This document shows positions 30,101 to 41,838 of a DNA stretch of 64,000 nucleotides, one piece after another. The notes under the pieces are model-generated. The model ran no database searches. It saw only the letters and a program-made list of their open reading frames with translations, and was not told where the DNA came from. The DNA is from Eledone cirrhosa (taxonomy: Eukaryota), in assembly GCA_964016885.1 (NCBI GenBank), contig OZ024752.1:11904001-11968000 (forward strand), given 5' to 3'. The translations under genes were made by a program, and so were the position numbers. Numbering within the stretch: position 1 is the first letter of the stretch; the number at the start of each line of letters is the position of its first letter.

Positions 30101-33100
30101 GCTACCTGCAGGTGTAAGCCTGTGAGCTGGAATGGCTCTTTCAACACGTCTCCATATCCTCCAGGGAAACGCCTTCTCTATTTTCTCTGCTTGGGCTGCA
30201 GGGCAGCCAGTGTGGGTCCCCCATTTGCTTATAATAGTGAGAGATGGGGGCAGTGACTGTACCAGTATTGCTGGAGTATTTTGTAGAGTTAAAGATTAAG
30301 TGATTTTACGATAAATATGTCGAGAATCGGGTCCTCAGCACACAGAAGTTGATATAGACAGCTAGTCTTAAACTCATCAGGTATGGCATGGATAAACAGG
30401 AAGGAGCTGAGGACTGGGCCATGATGAAGACCCACCTGCACATTGAATTCCTCCCTAAATGGAATGTATGTGCTAGACATATTTGTATAACCTGCTTGTC
30501 TAACCTCAGAGTGTGACAATCCGTCTAACCCATGCAAGCAAGGGAAAAGACATTGATGGTGATGATGTACATATATATATATATAGATAAGACATGCTAC
30601 TGCTTAACGTATTGAGTACACTCTGAATTACAGATTATTTACATGTGATTTCTGTAATTTCATGAAGTGGAAAGCGATTGGGCTATACGTAATCTAAACA
30701 TATAACATAATTATATATATATCATCATCAAAGTCCACTTTCCCTCTTAGCAATGGTTGAATGGGTGGGGCTAACCTCCCAGACTTGTTGGGAGGGGAAG
30801 GGTCTGTATCTCACTTACATACAGTTGCACATTCTACCAAGTGGATTTCTTTGTGAACACCAGCATTAGTGGGTTGTCATATCTTCAATGCAACTGAAGG
30901 ATCCTACCAACCCTGGCAAGCTTTCGATGTCTGGATGTCCTTCCTATCACAAACCACTATACAGCATGTACTGGGGGCAAGCTTTCGATGTCTGGATGTC
31001 CTTCCTATCACAAACCACTTTACAGAATGTACTGGGGGCAAGCTTTCGATGTCTGGATGTGCTTCCTATCACAAACCACTTTACAGCATGTACTGGGGGC
31101 AAGCTTTCGATGTCTGGATGTCCTTCCTATCACAAACCACTTTACAGCATGTACAGGGGGCAAGCTTTCGATGTCTGGATGTCCTTCCTATCACAAACCA
31201 CTTTACAGCATGTACAGGGGGCAAGCTTTCGATGTCTGGATGTCCTTCCTATCACAAACCACTTTACAGAATGTACTGGGGGCAAGCTTTCAATATCTGG
31301 ATGTCCTTCCTATCACAAACCACTATACAGAATGTACTGGGGGCAAGCTTTCAATATCTGGATGTCCTTCCTATCATAAACCACTTTACAGCATGTACTG
31401 GGGGCAAGCTTTCAATATCTGGATGTCCTTCCTATCACAAACCACTTTACAGCATGTACTGGGGGCAAGCTTTCAATATCTGGATGTCCTTCCTATCACA
31501 AACCACTATACAGAATGTACTGGGGGCAAGCTTTCAATATCTGGATGTCCTTCCTATCACAAACCACTATACAGCATGTACTGGGGGCAAGCTTTCGATG
31601 TCTGGATGTCCTTCCTATCACAAACCACTATACAGCATGTACTGGGGGCAAGCTTTCGATGTCTGGATGTCCTTCCTATCACAAACCACTATACAGCATG
31701 TACTGGGGGCAAGCTTTCGATGTCTGGATGTCCTTCCTATCACAAACCACTATACAGAATGTACTGGGGGCAAGCTTTCAATATCTGGATGTCCTTCCTA
31801 TCACAAACCACTATACAGAATGTACTGGGGGCAAGCTTTCAATATCTGGATGTCCTTCCTATCACAAACCACTATACAGCATGTACTGGGGGCAAGCTTT
31901 CGATGTCTGGATGTCCTTCCTATCACAAACCACTATACAGCATGTACTGGGGGCAAGCTTTCGATGTCTGGATGTCCTTCCTATCACAAACCACTTTACA
32001 GCATGTACTGGGGGCAAGCTTTCGATGTCTGGATGTCCTTCCTATCACAAACCACTATACAGAATGTACTGGGGGCAAGCTTTCAATATCTGGATGTCCT
32101 TCCTATCACAAACCACTATACAGCATGTACAGGGGGCAAGCTTTCGATGTCTGGATGTCCTTCCTATCACAAACCACTATACAGAATGTACTGGGGGCAA
32201 GCTTTCGATATCTGGATGTCCTTCCTATCACAAACCACTTTACAGAATGTACTGGGAGCAAGCTTTCGATGTCTGGATGTCCTTCCTATCACAAACCACT
32301 TTACAGCATGTACTGGGGGCAAGCTTTCTATGTCTGGATGTCCTTCCTATCACAAACCACTTTACAGCATGTACTGGGGGCAAGCTTTCGATGTCTGGAT
32401 GTCCTTCCTATCACAAACCACTTTACAGCATGTACTGGGGGCAAGCTTTCGATGTCTGGATGTCCTTCCTATCACAAACCACTTTACAGCATGTACTAGG
32501 TGCATTGATTACCAACACTAGTGAAGTTGCCATATCCTTGACACAACTGAAGGGTCCTCCCAACCCTTTGTTTGTCAAGCTTTCAATAGCTGGATGCCCT
32601 TATTATCATCAACTACTGGGTGCGTTTATTATGTAGATCACCAACACTAGAAACGTTGCTGCATAGTTGACACAACTGAAGGGTCCTCTCAAAACTTTTA
32701 GGCACGATTCCTACAGTAAGGTGCTCTATATTTCACATTGCTCCAGTTTACTCAGCTGTAGAAATGAGATGATAGGGACTGGGGTCCCTATCATTCCACT
32801 GCAAAGTAGACGTGGAGGCGCCACGGCAAAAAAGCACCCAGAACTCACTGTAAATGAGGTTGGTGTTAGGAAGGGCATCCAGCTGTAGAAATCAAACCAG
32901 AATCAGTTCCCGTCCCACCCTTGCAAGCAAGGAAAAACGGACGTAAAGTGATGATATATATATATATTTCAAAAAAGGTGTGGTAAAATACCAGGTGGAC
33001 CATAACGTACCAGAGTACTCGATACTTGGGGTAGTAGAGTGGGTAATATGAAAAGATTCATGATCCCGACGGTTGAGCTCTGGCCGTTTCGACAACTAGA

Positions 33101-33217
33101 TCCCAACAGATCTCTATCTATATATACACGACTGTGCAATTGTATTTGTTTTTTTAATAATGAACTGTATATATAATCATACATATATGCATATATATAT
33201 ATATATAAATATATATG

Positions 33218-33255
<38 letters not shown>

Positions 33256-33724
33256 CACTTATATATATATATATATATATACATATACACTCGCACACAC
33301 ACACACATACATATATAATTATGGGTGCATTCCTGATGGGTAACGAGAGGTGACCACATTTCAAAAAGGTGATCAATACATTAGTATCGTATAGGCATCT
33401 TTGTTTTATATAGAAATTATTTCTACTGGACTAGAACTGTTTCATTTGAATGGAAACATCGGGAAAGTTCTAGGCCTGTAGAAATAATTTCTGTATAAAA
33501 TAAAGATATATATATATAATACAGATATATACATATGAAATAATTATATATACGTATAATATATATATATTATAATATATATATGCATATTAGCGTATAT
33601 TGGATAAATAATCTGAATTTTCTTTTAATGTAAGCATAGCTACATTTTTTTTAAATATAAGGTTTGTTGCGAGAACTAAACAAATAATACATTTTTTTTA
33701 TCTAGCCATAAGCAGAAAAATATT

Positions 33725-33767
<43 letters not shown>

Positions 33768-34000
33768 ACATACGTGTGTGCGTGTGTACATTTAGACAAT
33801 AGAAAGATATGTTTGAATTTTTAAAAAAATTAAAAGATGTAATTATCCACATAATTTGTTAATTGTTACGTGACATAAAAATAATATATATATACTTCTA
33901 AATCCCATGATGAAAATTCAAGGAAAAATTTGGCTCGATCTCTGTCTACTTCAGTCACTTTAATAAATTGTTCGACTAGGGCCTCCTGTCCAGGATCCAT
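14941..34000 (-). CDS. NSFL1C: NSFL1 cofactor p47 (UBA-like, SEP and UBX domains; p97/VCP adaptor), complete 10-exon gene model, 371 aa
   Basis: Manual splicing: join of 33896-34000, 29290-29432, 27477-27566, 24555-24614, 23500-23644, 22791-22891, 18625-18762, 17335-17478, 15975-16034, 14941-15070 = 1116 nt, open frame, all GT-AG, phases consistent. Motifs match p47: [73 protein letters not shown]. Confidence 0.96.
15071..15974 (-). other. U12-type (minor spliceosome) GT-AG intron, last intron of NSFL1C
   Basis: 5' splice site GTATCCTTT; branch site TTTTCCTTGAC at 15097-15087 with the branch A about 17 nt from the TAG acceptor. Confidence 0.9.
15975..16034 (-). CDS. NSFL1C: p47 exon 9 ([20 protein letters not shown])
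   Basis: 60 nt, UBX NHxHxISDIR motif, followed by a GTATCCTTT donor. Confidence 0.94.
16237..16441. mobile_element. piggyBac-type MITE (about 200 bp)
   Basis: TTAA TSD and CCCTTTAGCATTTA TIRs; copies at 16897-17101, 17548-17940 (dimer), 25569-25769, 35898-36112, 56428-56643, 63381-63603, 63788-end. Confidence 0.85.
17335..17478 (-). CDS. NSFL1C: p47 exon 8 (linker and UBX start [12 protein letters not shown])
   Basis: 144 nt, phase 2-2, AAG acceptor after a pyrimidine tract, GTAAAT donor. Confidence 0.9.
18013..18456 (-). mobile_element. two tandem SINE family A copies
   Basis: Two near full-length copies with (AAT) tails. Confidence 0.85.
18625..18762 (-). CDS. NSFL1C: p47 exon 7 (SEP end and SHP box FSGKGHMLG)
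   Basis: 138 nt, DIPQEL...[12 protein letters not shown] acceptor. Confidence 0.95.
19066..19959 (+). mobile_element. RTE LINE 3' fragment (RT LLYADD through tail), degenerate
   Basis: [21 protein letters not shown], same 3' tail as the 6871 copy. Confidence 0.9.
20146..22768. repeat. 26-bp minisatellite, about 100 copies, in NSFL1C intron 6
   Basis: Unit CTTACCACAGTACYGYTCTACAAGAT. Confidence 0.98.
22791..22891 (-). CDS. NSFL1C: p47 exon 6 (SEP domain: [33 protein letters not shown])
   Basis: 101 nt, canonical SEP start motif, GT-AG boundaries. Confidence 0.95.
23500..23644 (-). CDS. NSFL1C: p47 exon 5 (DDDSDPEED...FHGTGYRLG...PEVAR)
   Basis: 145 nt, FxGxGYRLG motif, GTAAG donor; overlaps ORF 23425..23742. 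Confidence 0.93.
24248..24408. mobile_element. palindromic MITE (ATATTGTTATA..GGGAGGGTCAT family)
   Basis: Long terminal inverted repeat; relatives at about 23718-23786, 41490-41640, 43188-43700. Confidence 0.65.
24555..24614 (-). CDS. NSFL1C: p47 exon 4 ([20 protein letters not shown])
   Basis: 60 nt, CAG acceptor, GTAAGT donor. Confidence 0.92.
25845..25889 (-). pseudogene. duplicated 3' half of NSFL1C exon 3 ([14 protein letters not shown]) with its donor site
   Basis: 25825-25894 is a 70-bp copy of 27457-27526 with 2 substitutions. Confidence 0.85.
25895..27459 (-). mobile_element. degenerate mariner transposon in NSFL1C intron 3, interrupted by a SINE piece and a LINE 3' fragment (about 25980-26395)
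   Basis: HTH region ([29 protein letters not shown]), QDNAR and [16 protein letters not shown]; TIR TATTAAGTTGCCGGAAAGTTCTGAG at about 27460, truncated mate at 25894. Confidence 0.9.
27477..27566 (-). CDS. NSFL1C: p47 exon 3 ([30 protein letters not shown])
   Basis: 90 nt, phase 2-2, conserved FYAGGS motif. Confidence 0.93.
27644..28091 (-). mobile_element. RTE LINE 3' fragment
   Basis: MLHGSETW...RLRWYGHV...RGRPRKTW and (GAT)n tail. Confidence 0.9.
28277..28449. mobile_element. Tc1/mariner-superfamily MITE
   Basis: TA-CCATATTT...AAATATGG-TA with internal GAAGACG/CGTCTTC inverted repeat. Confidence 0.75.
28875..29095 (-). mobile_element. SINE family A with target-site duplication
   Basis: CTAGAACTAAACAATAAT flanks both ends (28863 and 29095). 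Confidence 0.85.
29290..29432 (-). CDS. NSFL1C: p47 exon 2 ([10 protein letters not shown]...QEANT)
   Basis: TAG acceptor, continues the WDLE-LAMESFY motif, donor GTTAGT, ends phase 2. Confidence 0.9.
30915..32500. repeat. 61-bp minisatellite, about 26 copies, in NSFL1C intron 1
   Basis: Unit GGCAAGCTTTCGATGTCTGGATGTCCTTCCTATCACAAACCACTWTACAGMATGTACTGGG. Confidence 0.98.
33896..34000 (-). CDS. NSFL1C: p47 exon 1 ([35 protein letters not shown])
   Basis: ATG at 34000-33998, UBA-like N-terminus, GT donor at 33895-33894, phase 0. Confidence 0.93.
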
Positions 34001-34654
34001 GTTGAATTACTAGCAGTCTCGTTTAAAAGGAGAGCTCTCTAGTCTTGCTGACTCATTTCATACGAGTTATCTCTCTTTATTTAGGAAAAGCGAAAGTAAT
34101 TTCAATGAACTGTGTTTAATAAAATTTGTCAAATAACTCAAAACTCGTTTAATGTTAGCCATGATTTTATTTTTAAATACGTTTGTCAAGAGTGGAGGAT
34201 CAATGTTTATGACATTTGCAGGCGCTTCCATACTGTTTAAATTAATGTAGTGATGCAACTATCTAAGACGAGTTACATTTACAGTTGTTAACTTTAACTA
34301 TGGAAGGATATCAGAAACATAATCGAGAATGTAACTGTTCTTTATACCCATTGTTTATAATTTTTACAGAATGAAAATATAAACTACAAATAATATATAG
34401 AATTAATTATTGCTAGGAACCTCATAAATAGAATACACAAACATATTTGATCAAAACGAGTCAATAAAAAACAAACAAACAAAAACATCAATTCACCACT
34501 TTATATTATTTGTGTTTCTATTTTCATTCTGTAAGAATTATAAATAATTATAAAAAAAAACAGTAATGCTGCGAGCATGTTCGATTGCCTCAAAAATGTT
34601 CAATGACCCTTGTGGTGTGTGACCAATTGACGGCAATTGGTCACACACCACAAG

Positions 34655-35050
34655 GGTCATCGGAAATGTTTGAGGTATGCCAACATCCTCACTGCATTAC
34701 TATGAGTGATTGCGAGGCTAAGGTTCTGAAACAACCAAGCACTCTCATCACAAGAATCTCCTGATACCTCAGTAAGACGAGCCTTTCAATGATGATAAGA
34801 ACTTTGGTTTCAGCTGCCCAGTTCCACTAAACATCTCGAACGCTACAGACTGGAAAAAATAGTTATTTGACAAATAGGATTTTATTGTTTGGCTACGGAG
34901 GCATTGACCCTCACATTTACTGCAGCATCCATGATGTGGGAGGGGGAAAAAGAGTCTCTGACTGTGGTATCCCAGATGAGACATCTGCCTCTTAGCCAGG
35001 GACAAAGAATAAGACCATCTGGTCTCTTCCGATCAGTTCTGGACAATCTA
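34655..35050 (-). mobile_element. CRE-like non-LTR element 3' fragment (RLE domain), degenerate
   Basis: RKRPDGLILCPWLRGRCLIWDTTVRD...YFFQSVAFE...WLFQNLSLAI.HSNA across frameshifts. Confidence 0.7.
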
Positions 35051-36949
35051 GCTCCACAATAGATACATTCATTGCCAAGATGTGAAGATTAAAGTTTTTT
35101 TTTAAATATAGAAATTGAGACATCATAGCTCCGATATTGAGGACATGGGGTTAGAATGTCTCAGGAAGGAATCACTGGAGAGTTGCTCCAGGTAGAGCTG
35201 CTACTTCTCTGAATTGAGAGATCACAGCTCCGATACTATGGGCATGTGGTTAGAATGTCTCAGGAAAGAATTGCTGGACAGATCTTATGGGCAAAGCCAA
35301 CTGACAAGTGAGACAGCGGTAGACCTCGAGCAAGATGGTTGGATAATATCCATGAGCTTGGCTGGTCAGGCTTGGGGATCTAGCCAGATCAGTTGGAGAT
35401 GGTTGCTTCAGACAGGACCTGCTGGAAGGAGTGTTTGAGGATTCAACTCCCATGATCCTCCCTGGAATAAGTGAGAGTGGAAGATGAAGATGGAGAAGGA
35501 TGAACATTTCCGTGTTTTCTTTAAATGATTCCATTATTGAATGTTAAGATCGTATTGAAAAATAATCAATAAGTTAATACAAATAAAAAGTGATAAAGAT
35601 AGATACCACTGGGGAATATGACTTAAAATATTGTCAAGAATTGATTTTCTTTTCTCTCTTAGTGTTTCACATGCATTCGAGCATTATTTAAGCGGTGGAT
35701 TGGCAGTATCAGTAGAGTTACTGCCCTTTACACTATGAGTTCAAATCCCGCCAAGGTTAGCTTTGCCTTTTATCCTTACGGGGTCGATACCAGTAACGTA
35801 CTAAAGTAGATTTAATCTACTTCCTCCTCCCAAAAAATTATTGGCCTTGTGCCTAAATCAGAAACTATTGTATGGAAATGTTAGTAGATACAAATATTTA
35901 ACCCTCTAGCATTCACATAACTCTATATTTACTATTGTATTTTCACAGAAAAGGATTAATCTCACATAATATTGAATCTATGAGATTTTGATATTTTTTA
36001 TTTTGAGAACAATACCTTAAGATCAGTATGAGTGGCTAGTTATAACCAGTTTGAACAGAAAGAGGTGAGAGAATTCTGGCCATATATAGCCGGTTTAAAT
36101 GCTAAAAGGTTAGAAAAGCTGAACATTTGCCAAGAAAATTGATAATTATTCTCAAAATATTTATAAACACGGTAGTACTGGAGTATTGTAAAAAGTTGTA
36201 ACAATTTAACTATTATATGATTTATATATGATATTTTCAAGCACTACAAGTTCTTGCATTTCTGGGAATACCTTTCATTAACCCTTTAGTTACCAACATG
36301 GCCAAAGCCAGCTCTGGTTCTATGAAATAAAACCACCCTTTTAAAGGTTTCCAATTTAAATTAAATCTACCGAAATAATTTTTTATAAGAAGCTTACATT
36401 AAGTTACTATCTTAGTAAGGAAATAATTAATTATCTATATATTAATACGCTAATACCTACGGACCGTACGTCCGACCGTGTGTGTCATGCTTTCAGTAAA
36501 ACAATGGAAGGCGGGTGGTAAACAATCTATGACAATCTACGGCCAAAGAAAATCAAAGAGCATTGCAACGTTTGGAAAGGAGAGAGAGAGGGGGTTATAA
36601 TATATTTAGAGAGAGGTTATAATATAGAGAAAGGGATGGATTATTATATATATATATAGCGAGGTCGGTCCACGCCTTGAACCTTGGGTGACACCTAAAG
36701 GTCAAACTCTAGGTCACCACCCTTTTGGGGTGAACAGGTTGATGCGTGAGCAATCCCTCGAGGTGGGAGACAGAAAGCGACAGGTATATAAAGCCTGTAT
36801 ATTCCCCCTTACAACAGAGATCGGAGCACCACGATACAGACCAGCTATGTGAAAGATTCACCGCTACCTTCAGGCCCCAGACATACAGAGCGATCGGAGT
36901 AGTACGCTATTACAAGCTATGTGAAAGATTCAGCGCTATCTACAGGCCA

Positions 36950-39260
36950 CATGTAATGTGTATTTCGAAGAACTATCGTAAAGAGGATAACTTTTCATAA
37001 ACGATATGCTGCTTTTAACTGAAAACCATAGTAATAGAGAAATTAATAGGAAAAGAAAATCCATAATACAATTTTTCAACAACTACAATCTTAAGTTAGA
37101 AATAAAGAATAACTACAAAATCGTTAACCTCTTAGATGTAACTTTAAACCTTAGCACAGGTCTTTACTATCCTTTCCATAAAATTAACGAAAATATAAAT
37201 TATGTAAGTTTCAATTCTAATCATCCTAGAAGTATTAAAAACACTATTGTCAATAGCGTCCAACAGCGGATTTCACGCATCTGTGCTAATAAAAATATTT
37301 TTGAGGATAAGGCTGAATATTATAATAAAGCTTTACATAGAGCAGGATACTCAAATAGAATTAAATACATAGATAACAATAACATGACATATCATCCTAG
37401 TATCAACTTAGACACTAAACCAAACAAAAAAACTAGAACTAGAAATATTATATGGTACTCACCTCTATTCTCATTAAGCGTTAAAACACCTTTAGCAAAG
37501 CTATTCTTTAAAGCACTAGATAAATGTTTTCCTAAAGCCCACAGATACCACTCTATTTTTAACGGACACACTAAAAAAAACTATCCTACTCTACTACTAT
37601 GAACATAGCACAAAATATAAATAGAATTAATAATAGAAACTTAAATTTAAACCCTAACCAAACTAACCAAAATAGCAATAATAATATTTTTAACAATAAT
37701 ATTCAGAATAATAGTATCGTTCTGAACAACAATAACTCCAGTAATTGTAACTGTAGAATCAAATCAAACTGCCCTTTACAAAATAATTGTTTAGACAAAA
37801 ACATAGTTTATAAATGCACAGTTAAAACTAGCGACAAATATTTATGTTGGTGCCACTTCAACAAAATTTAAAGAACGCTGGAATAACCATAATCATACAT
37901 TTAGGAGATTTGATAAAAAATCTTCTACTTCACTTTCACATCTAATCTGGAATTTAATAGACAACAATATAGACTATTCAATATCTTGGAGAACGATTTC
38001 GAAGCACCTGCATACTGAAATGCGGCTTTATCAAGATTCTGTCATTTGTGTATCGAAGAAATTTTTTATATAATTAACTGTCAAAACTCTATTAATCTCA
38101 GAACAGAATTATTTTCTTCTTGCAAATATCGCCAAAATTCCACGTTCAGAACTATTTTTAATTTATAATATTCCTATATGCCTTCAAAATGATCCTACTT
38201 TTTTTTTTTTTTAAATGCAAATTTTTTAATATTTTTAATATTTTTAATATTTCATAAATTTTTTAATATCTCTAATATTTATAATATTTTTAATATATAT
38301 ATTTGATATTTTAATTTCCTACATTATTTTAATTCTGACATTATTATTTTTAATTCCGACATTATTTTTGTAAGGACACCCCTATAAATATATTTTTAGA
38401 TGCAGATTGATAATTCTTAAATGACATTCTGAAAATTTATCCTCTTTACGATAGTTCTTCGAAATACACATTACATTTATCCTCTCACTTTTTGTTATTC
38501 AAACATTCACACATCTTTCGACTAAAATAATGGATCTCACACAAAATAATATATAATTGGAGTTATCTTTCCTTTCTCAATCCTGCAAACATAAACATAT
38601 TATGTGTGATCTGTGTAGCTTCGCTAAATTAACAATAATCTGAAAACATTTTCACAAAATTTTTGAATCCACAATTTGTACTACTCTCACAACTTGAACC
38701 ACCTATTTTTAAAGTAAAATACAAATTAAACATCCTTCATAACTCATATTTGATATATAAACAACTAATACATACGCAATTTGATATTTATATACATATA
38801 ACCTATCGTAATGTAATAAGATAAAAATACTTACAACCATAATTCTTCATATAATCTAATTGATTATATATACAATATTATAATTCATAATATAGGTAAA
38901 TAAATCTTTTCCCCAAAATTCACGTAAATGCTAGCTCTCCTTCCTTTCTCTTCTTTCCTACTTATCATAATTATTTAAATTTTCCATAGCGTCTAAATTA
39001 AGTTTTTTTCAGCCCTTTTACCTAAACCTCATTTGCATACTCATCTTAATAATTTGAAATATCTGACTTTTTTTCTCTTTTCCCTTCACTATCCAGGGAT
39101 AACTTGAACCATTAAGGTATATTCCCCTTGGTTATGTCAAAATTTATAAAACACACTTCGTATTTTATCTGATGATAGCGTACCAAAATTTGGTACCCTT
39201 GAAATATATATAATAGAATAAATATGGTTTTATAAATATAGTTTCCATTTATTTAATATC
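36950..39260 (+). mobile_element. 5'-truncated Penelope-like retroelement (RT C-terminus, Cys-rich linker, GIY-YIG-type endonuclease; frameshifted)
   Basis: ORFs 37006-37602 (VNLLDVTL..YVSFNSNHP) and 37599-37871 (CNC...CPL..NCLDKNIVYKCTV), continuing YVGATS..FKERWNNH..CHLC; 36950-36997 is an inverted copy of 38431-38478; hammerhead at the 3' end. Confidence 0.88.
39161..39220 (+). ncRNA. hammerhead motif at the 3' end of the PLE
   Basis: TATTTTAT-CTGATGA-TAG(C)GTACCAAA.TTTGGTAC(C)CTT-GAAA-TATATA-TA-ATAGAATA. Confidence 0.75.
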
Positions 39261-39503
39261 ATTGTATATATATATATATAAACGAAAAATCAGTGATGAA
39301 TCTGGACTTAGTTTATTTCGTGTTACAAATGTTTCGCCGGCATGTAGCTCGAGTCATGGTCCTTGTATGGATCTGGCTGATTCTACTTTTGCGGGTTCTT
39401 TCATTCATCAGAATGAAAAAATCCTAGGTGTATATGTATATCTGTGTATGCACATGTGCGTATATATGTATGTATGTGAATGTATGTGTGTATGTATATA
39501 TGC

Positions 39504-39985
<482 letters not shown>

Positions 39986-40543
39986 TTATATATATTTAAA
40001 TGTATAGAAGTTTGGCTGTATGTGTGCGTGCGCGCATGTGTATGTATATATGTGTACGTTTAAATATGACATGCTTACCCAATTGATACAGAACAGTCAG
40101 AAGGCTCGTGGCGGCATGTATCAACAAGTGTGTGTGACTGGGCCCATGGGAGAGAGGGAGAGAGGGTGTGTGAGTATATATAATGCGATGTATGTATGTG
40201 GCGGTGTGGGTATCTGAGCATGTAGACGTACGAGTGTGAATGCATAGATAGGTGTATGTCTGAGTATATATATGTGTGTGTTACTATGTGTTTATTCTAG
40301 TAAGTGTGGGTGCTTACTCTGAAGTGTGAGCAGACGTGTGAAGTACTGAACCCAGCATGACTCCATTGTAATATGTCGGACGGAAAATAGTTGATGAACC
40401 GTGTGGCAGCAGATACTGACCAGAACTTGTGATGACGTGGAGTAAAAACAACCAATGGCATGACAAGAGTGGAAAGAAGGTTTTTTGAGGGGTTGTTTTG
40501 ATAACAACGCCCCAGTGATAAAATTTGCTCCGGACATAACAGA

Positions 40544-40634
40544 CGTGTCTGAAAGAACCTGCAGAAGTAGAATCAGCCAGATCCATACAAGGACCATGAC
40601 TCAAGCTACATACAGGCGAAACATTTGTAACACG
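40544..40634 (+). ncRNA. hammerhead-like motif with a variant core (CTGAAAGA)
   Basis: CGTGT/ACACG stem I, CCTG/CAGG stem II base, GAAA-CATTT-GTA; inverted copy at about 39280-39403. Confidence 0.55.
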
Positions 40635-40916
40635 AAATAAACTAAGTTCAGATGCATCACTGATTTTTCGTTTTTTTGATAATTCTTACACTCTACTCTG
40701 ATGAATATCGAGTGCTAATTTTGGCATACCGCCTACGGAAGCACCACAGCTACCACTATACACAAATATATATATATATATATCTATAGCAAGAAAGTGT
40801 TGGTAAAATCCAGTACTTCAGTATGCGGATAGGGAGCACTCAACGAAGATATAAGTTCCGGAGTTATAATAGTGACGAAACATAAGTCAATTGCATGAAC
40901 TCATAATCCTTTATTT

Positions 40917-40972
40917 ACTGCTATATATATTTCGATGATAGCCATTGAATGGCTATGACCTCATCAGGCAGT
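40917..40972 (-). ncRNA. type I hammerhead ribozyme motif; partial inverted copy at about 41036-41122
   Basis: ACTGC-CTGATGA-GGT(C)ATAGCCAT-TCA-ATGGCTAT(C)ATC-GAAA-TATATA-TA-GCAGT. Confidence 0.85.
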
Positions 40973-41650
40973 TAGTCAGTTCTTAGATATGCCAGCTCTG
41001 TGTTTATGGTGTTGATGGTATCAGAGCCTTGGGACTAGCCATTCAATGGCTATCATCGAAATATATATAGCAGTAAATAAAGGATTATGAGTTCATGCTA
41101 TTGACTTATGTTTCGTCACTATATATATATAGAGAGAGATAATCTTAGTTGTTTTTACTTTTGGCACAAGGCCAGCAATTATCTTTATTTTTATCGAGCC
41201 CGTAAGGATGAAAGGCAAAGTTAACCTCGACGGGATTTGAACTCAGACCGTATAGGGGCGTAACTATGCTGGAAAGCATGGGGTCCGACCCTCTACCGAC
41301 ACTGCCAATCCACCGCCCTTTATATATATAGATAATCACAGTGATAGATAGATAGTCTGAATGAAAAGCTATAGAAGTAGAAAAATGTAGTGTGTTCCTC
41401 TCCATCTCTTTTTCCCTTACTTTCGTTATTGAATTTGTTTGGTTTTTATAATTTGCTTTCTTTTGATTTTATTGCAAATATCATATAACTTATTGTTATA
41501 TTGGGGTGAGGGTCATATTGTTCTAATACAGCCATAAAAATATAGTAAAACACACTCACTGTTTGGTTTGGTTTTAGCTTCAGTATATTTTTATATTTCT
41601 ATAAATAATTTAGCTGGCAATCAATGTTTATCATTGACCAACAGTTATAA

Positions 41651-41838
41651 ATCATCATCATCATCATCATCATACGTCCTCTTTTCCCTGCTTACAAGGG
41701 TGGGACAGGCCCTTTTCAGCACAGCATCTCTCCATTCGTCACTGTCCTTCGTCTTCTCCTCCTCTGTGAGCTTCAGCGATCTGAGGTCAGCTCTCACCAC
41801 CTCCACCCATGATTTTCGTGGTCTTCCTCTACTGCGTC
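41651..41838 (-). mobile_element. short RTE LINE 3' fragment
   Basis: Homologous to 6871-7060 including the tail. Confidence 0.8.

Noticed and set aside
30869-32636. 550/503/373-aa ORFs
   Set aside because: Artefacts of the stop-free 61-bp array; the same peptide appears in all three frames.
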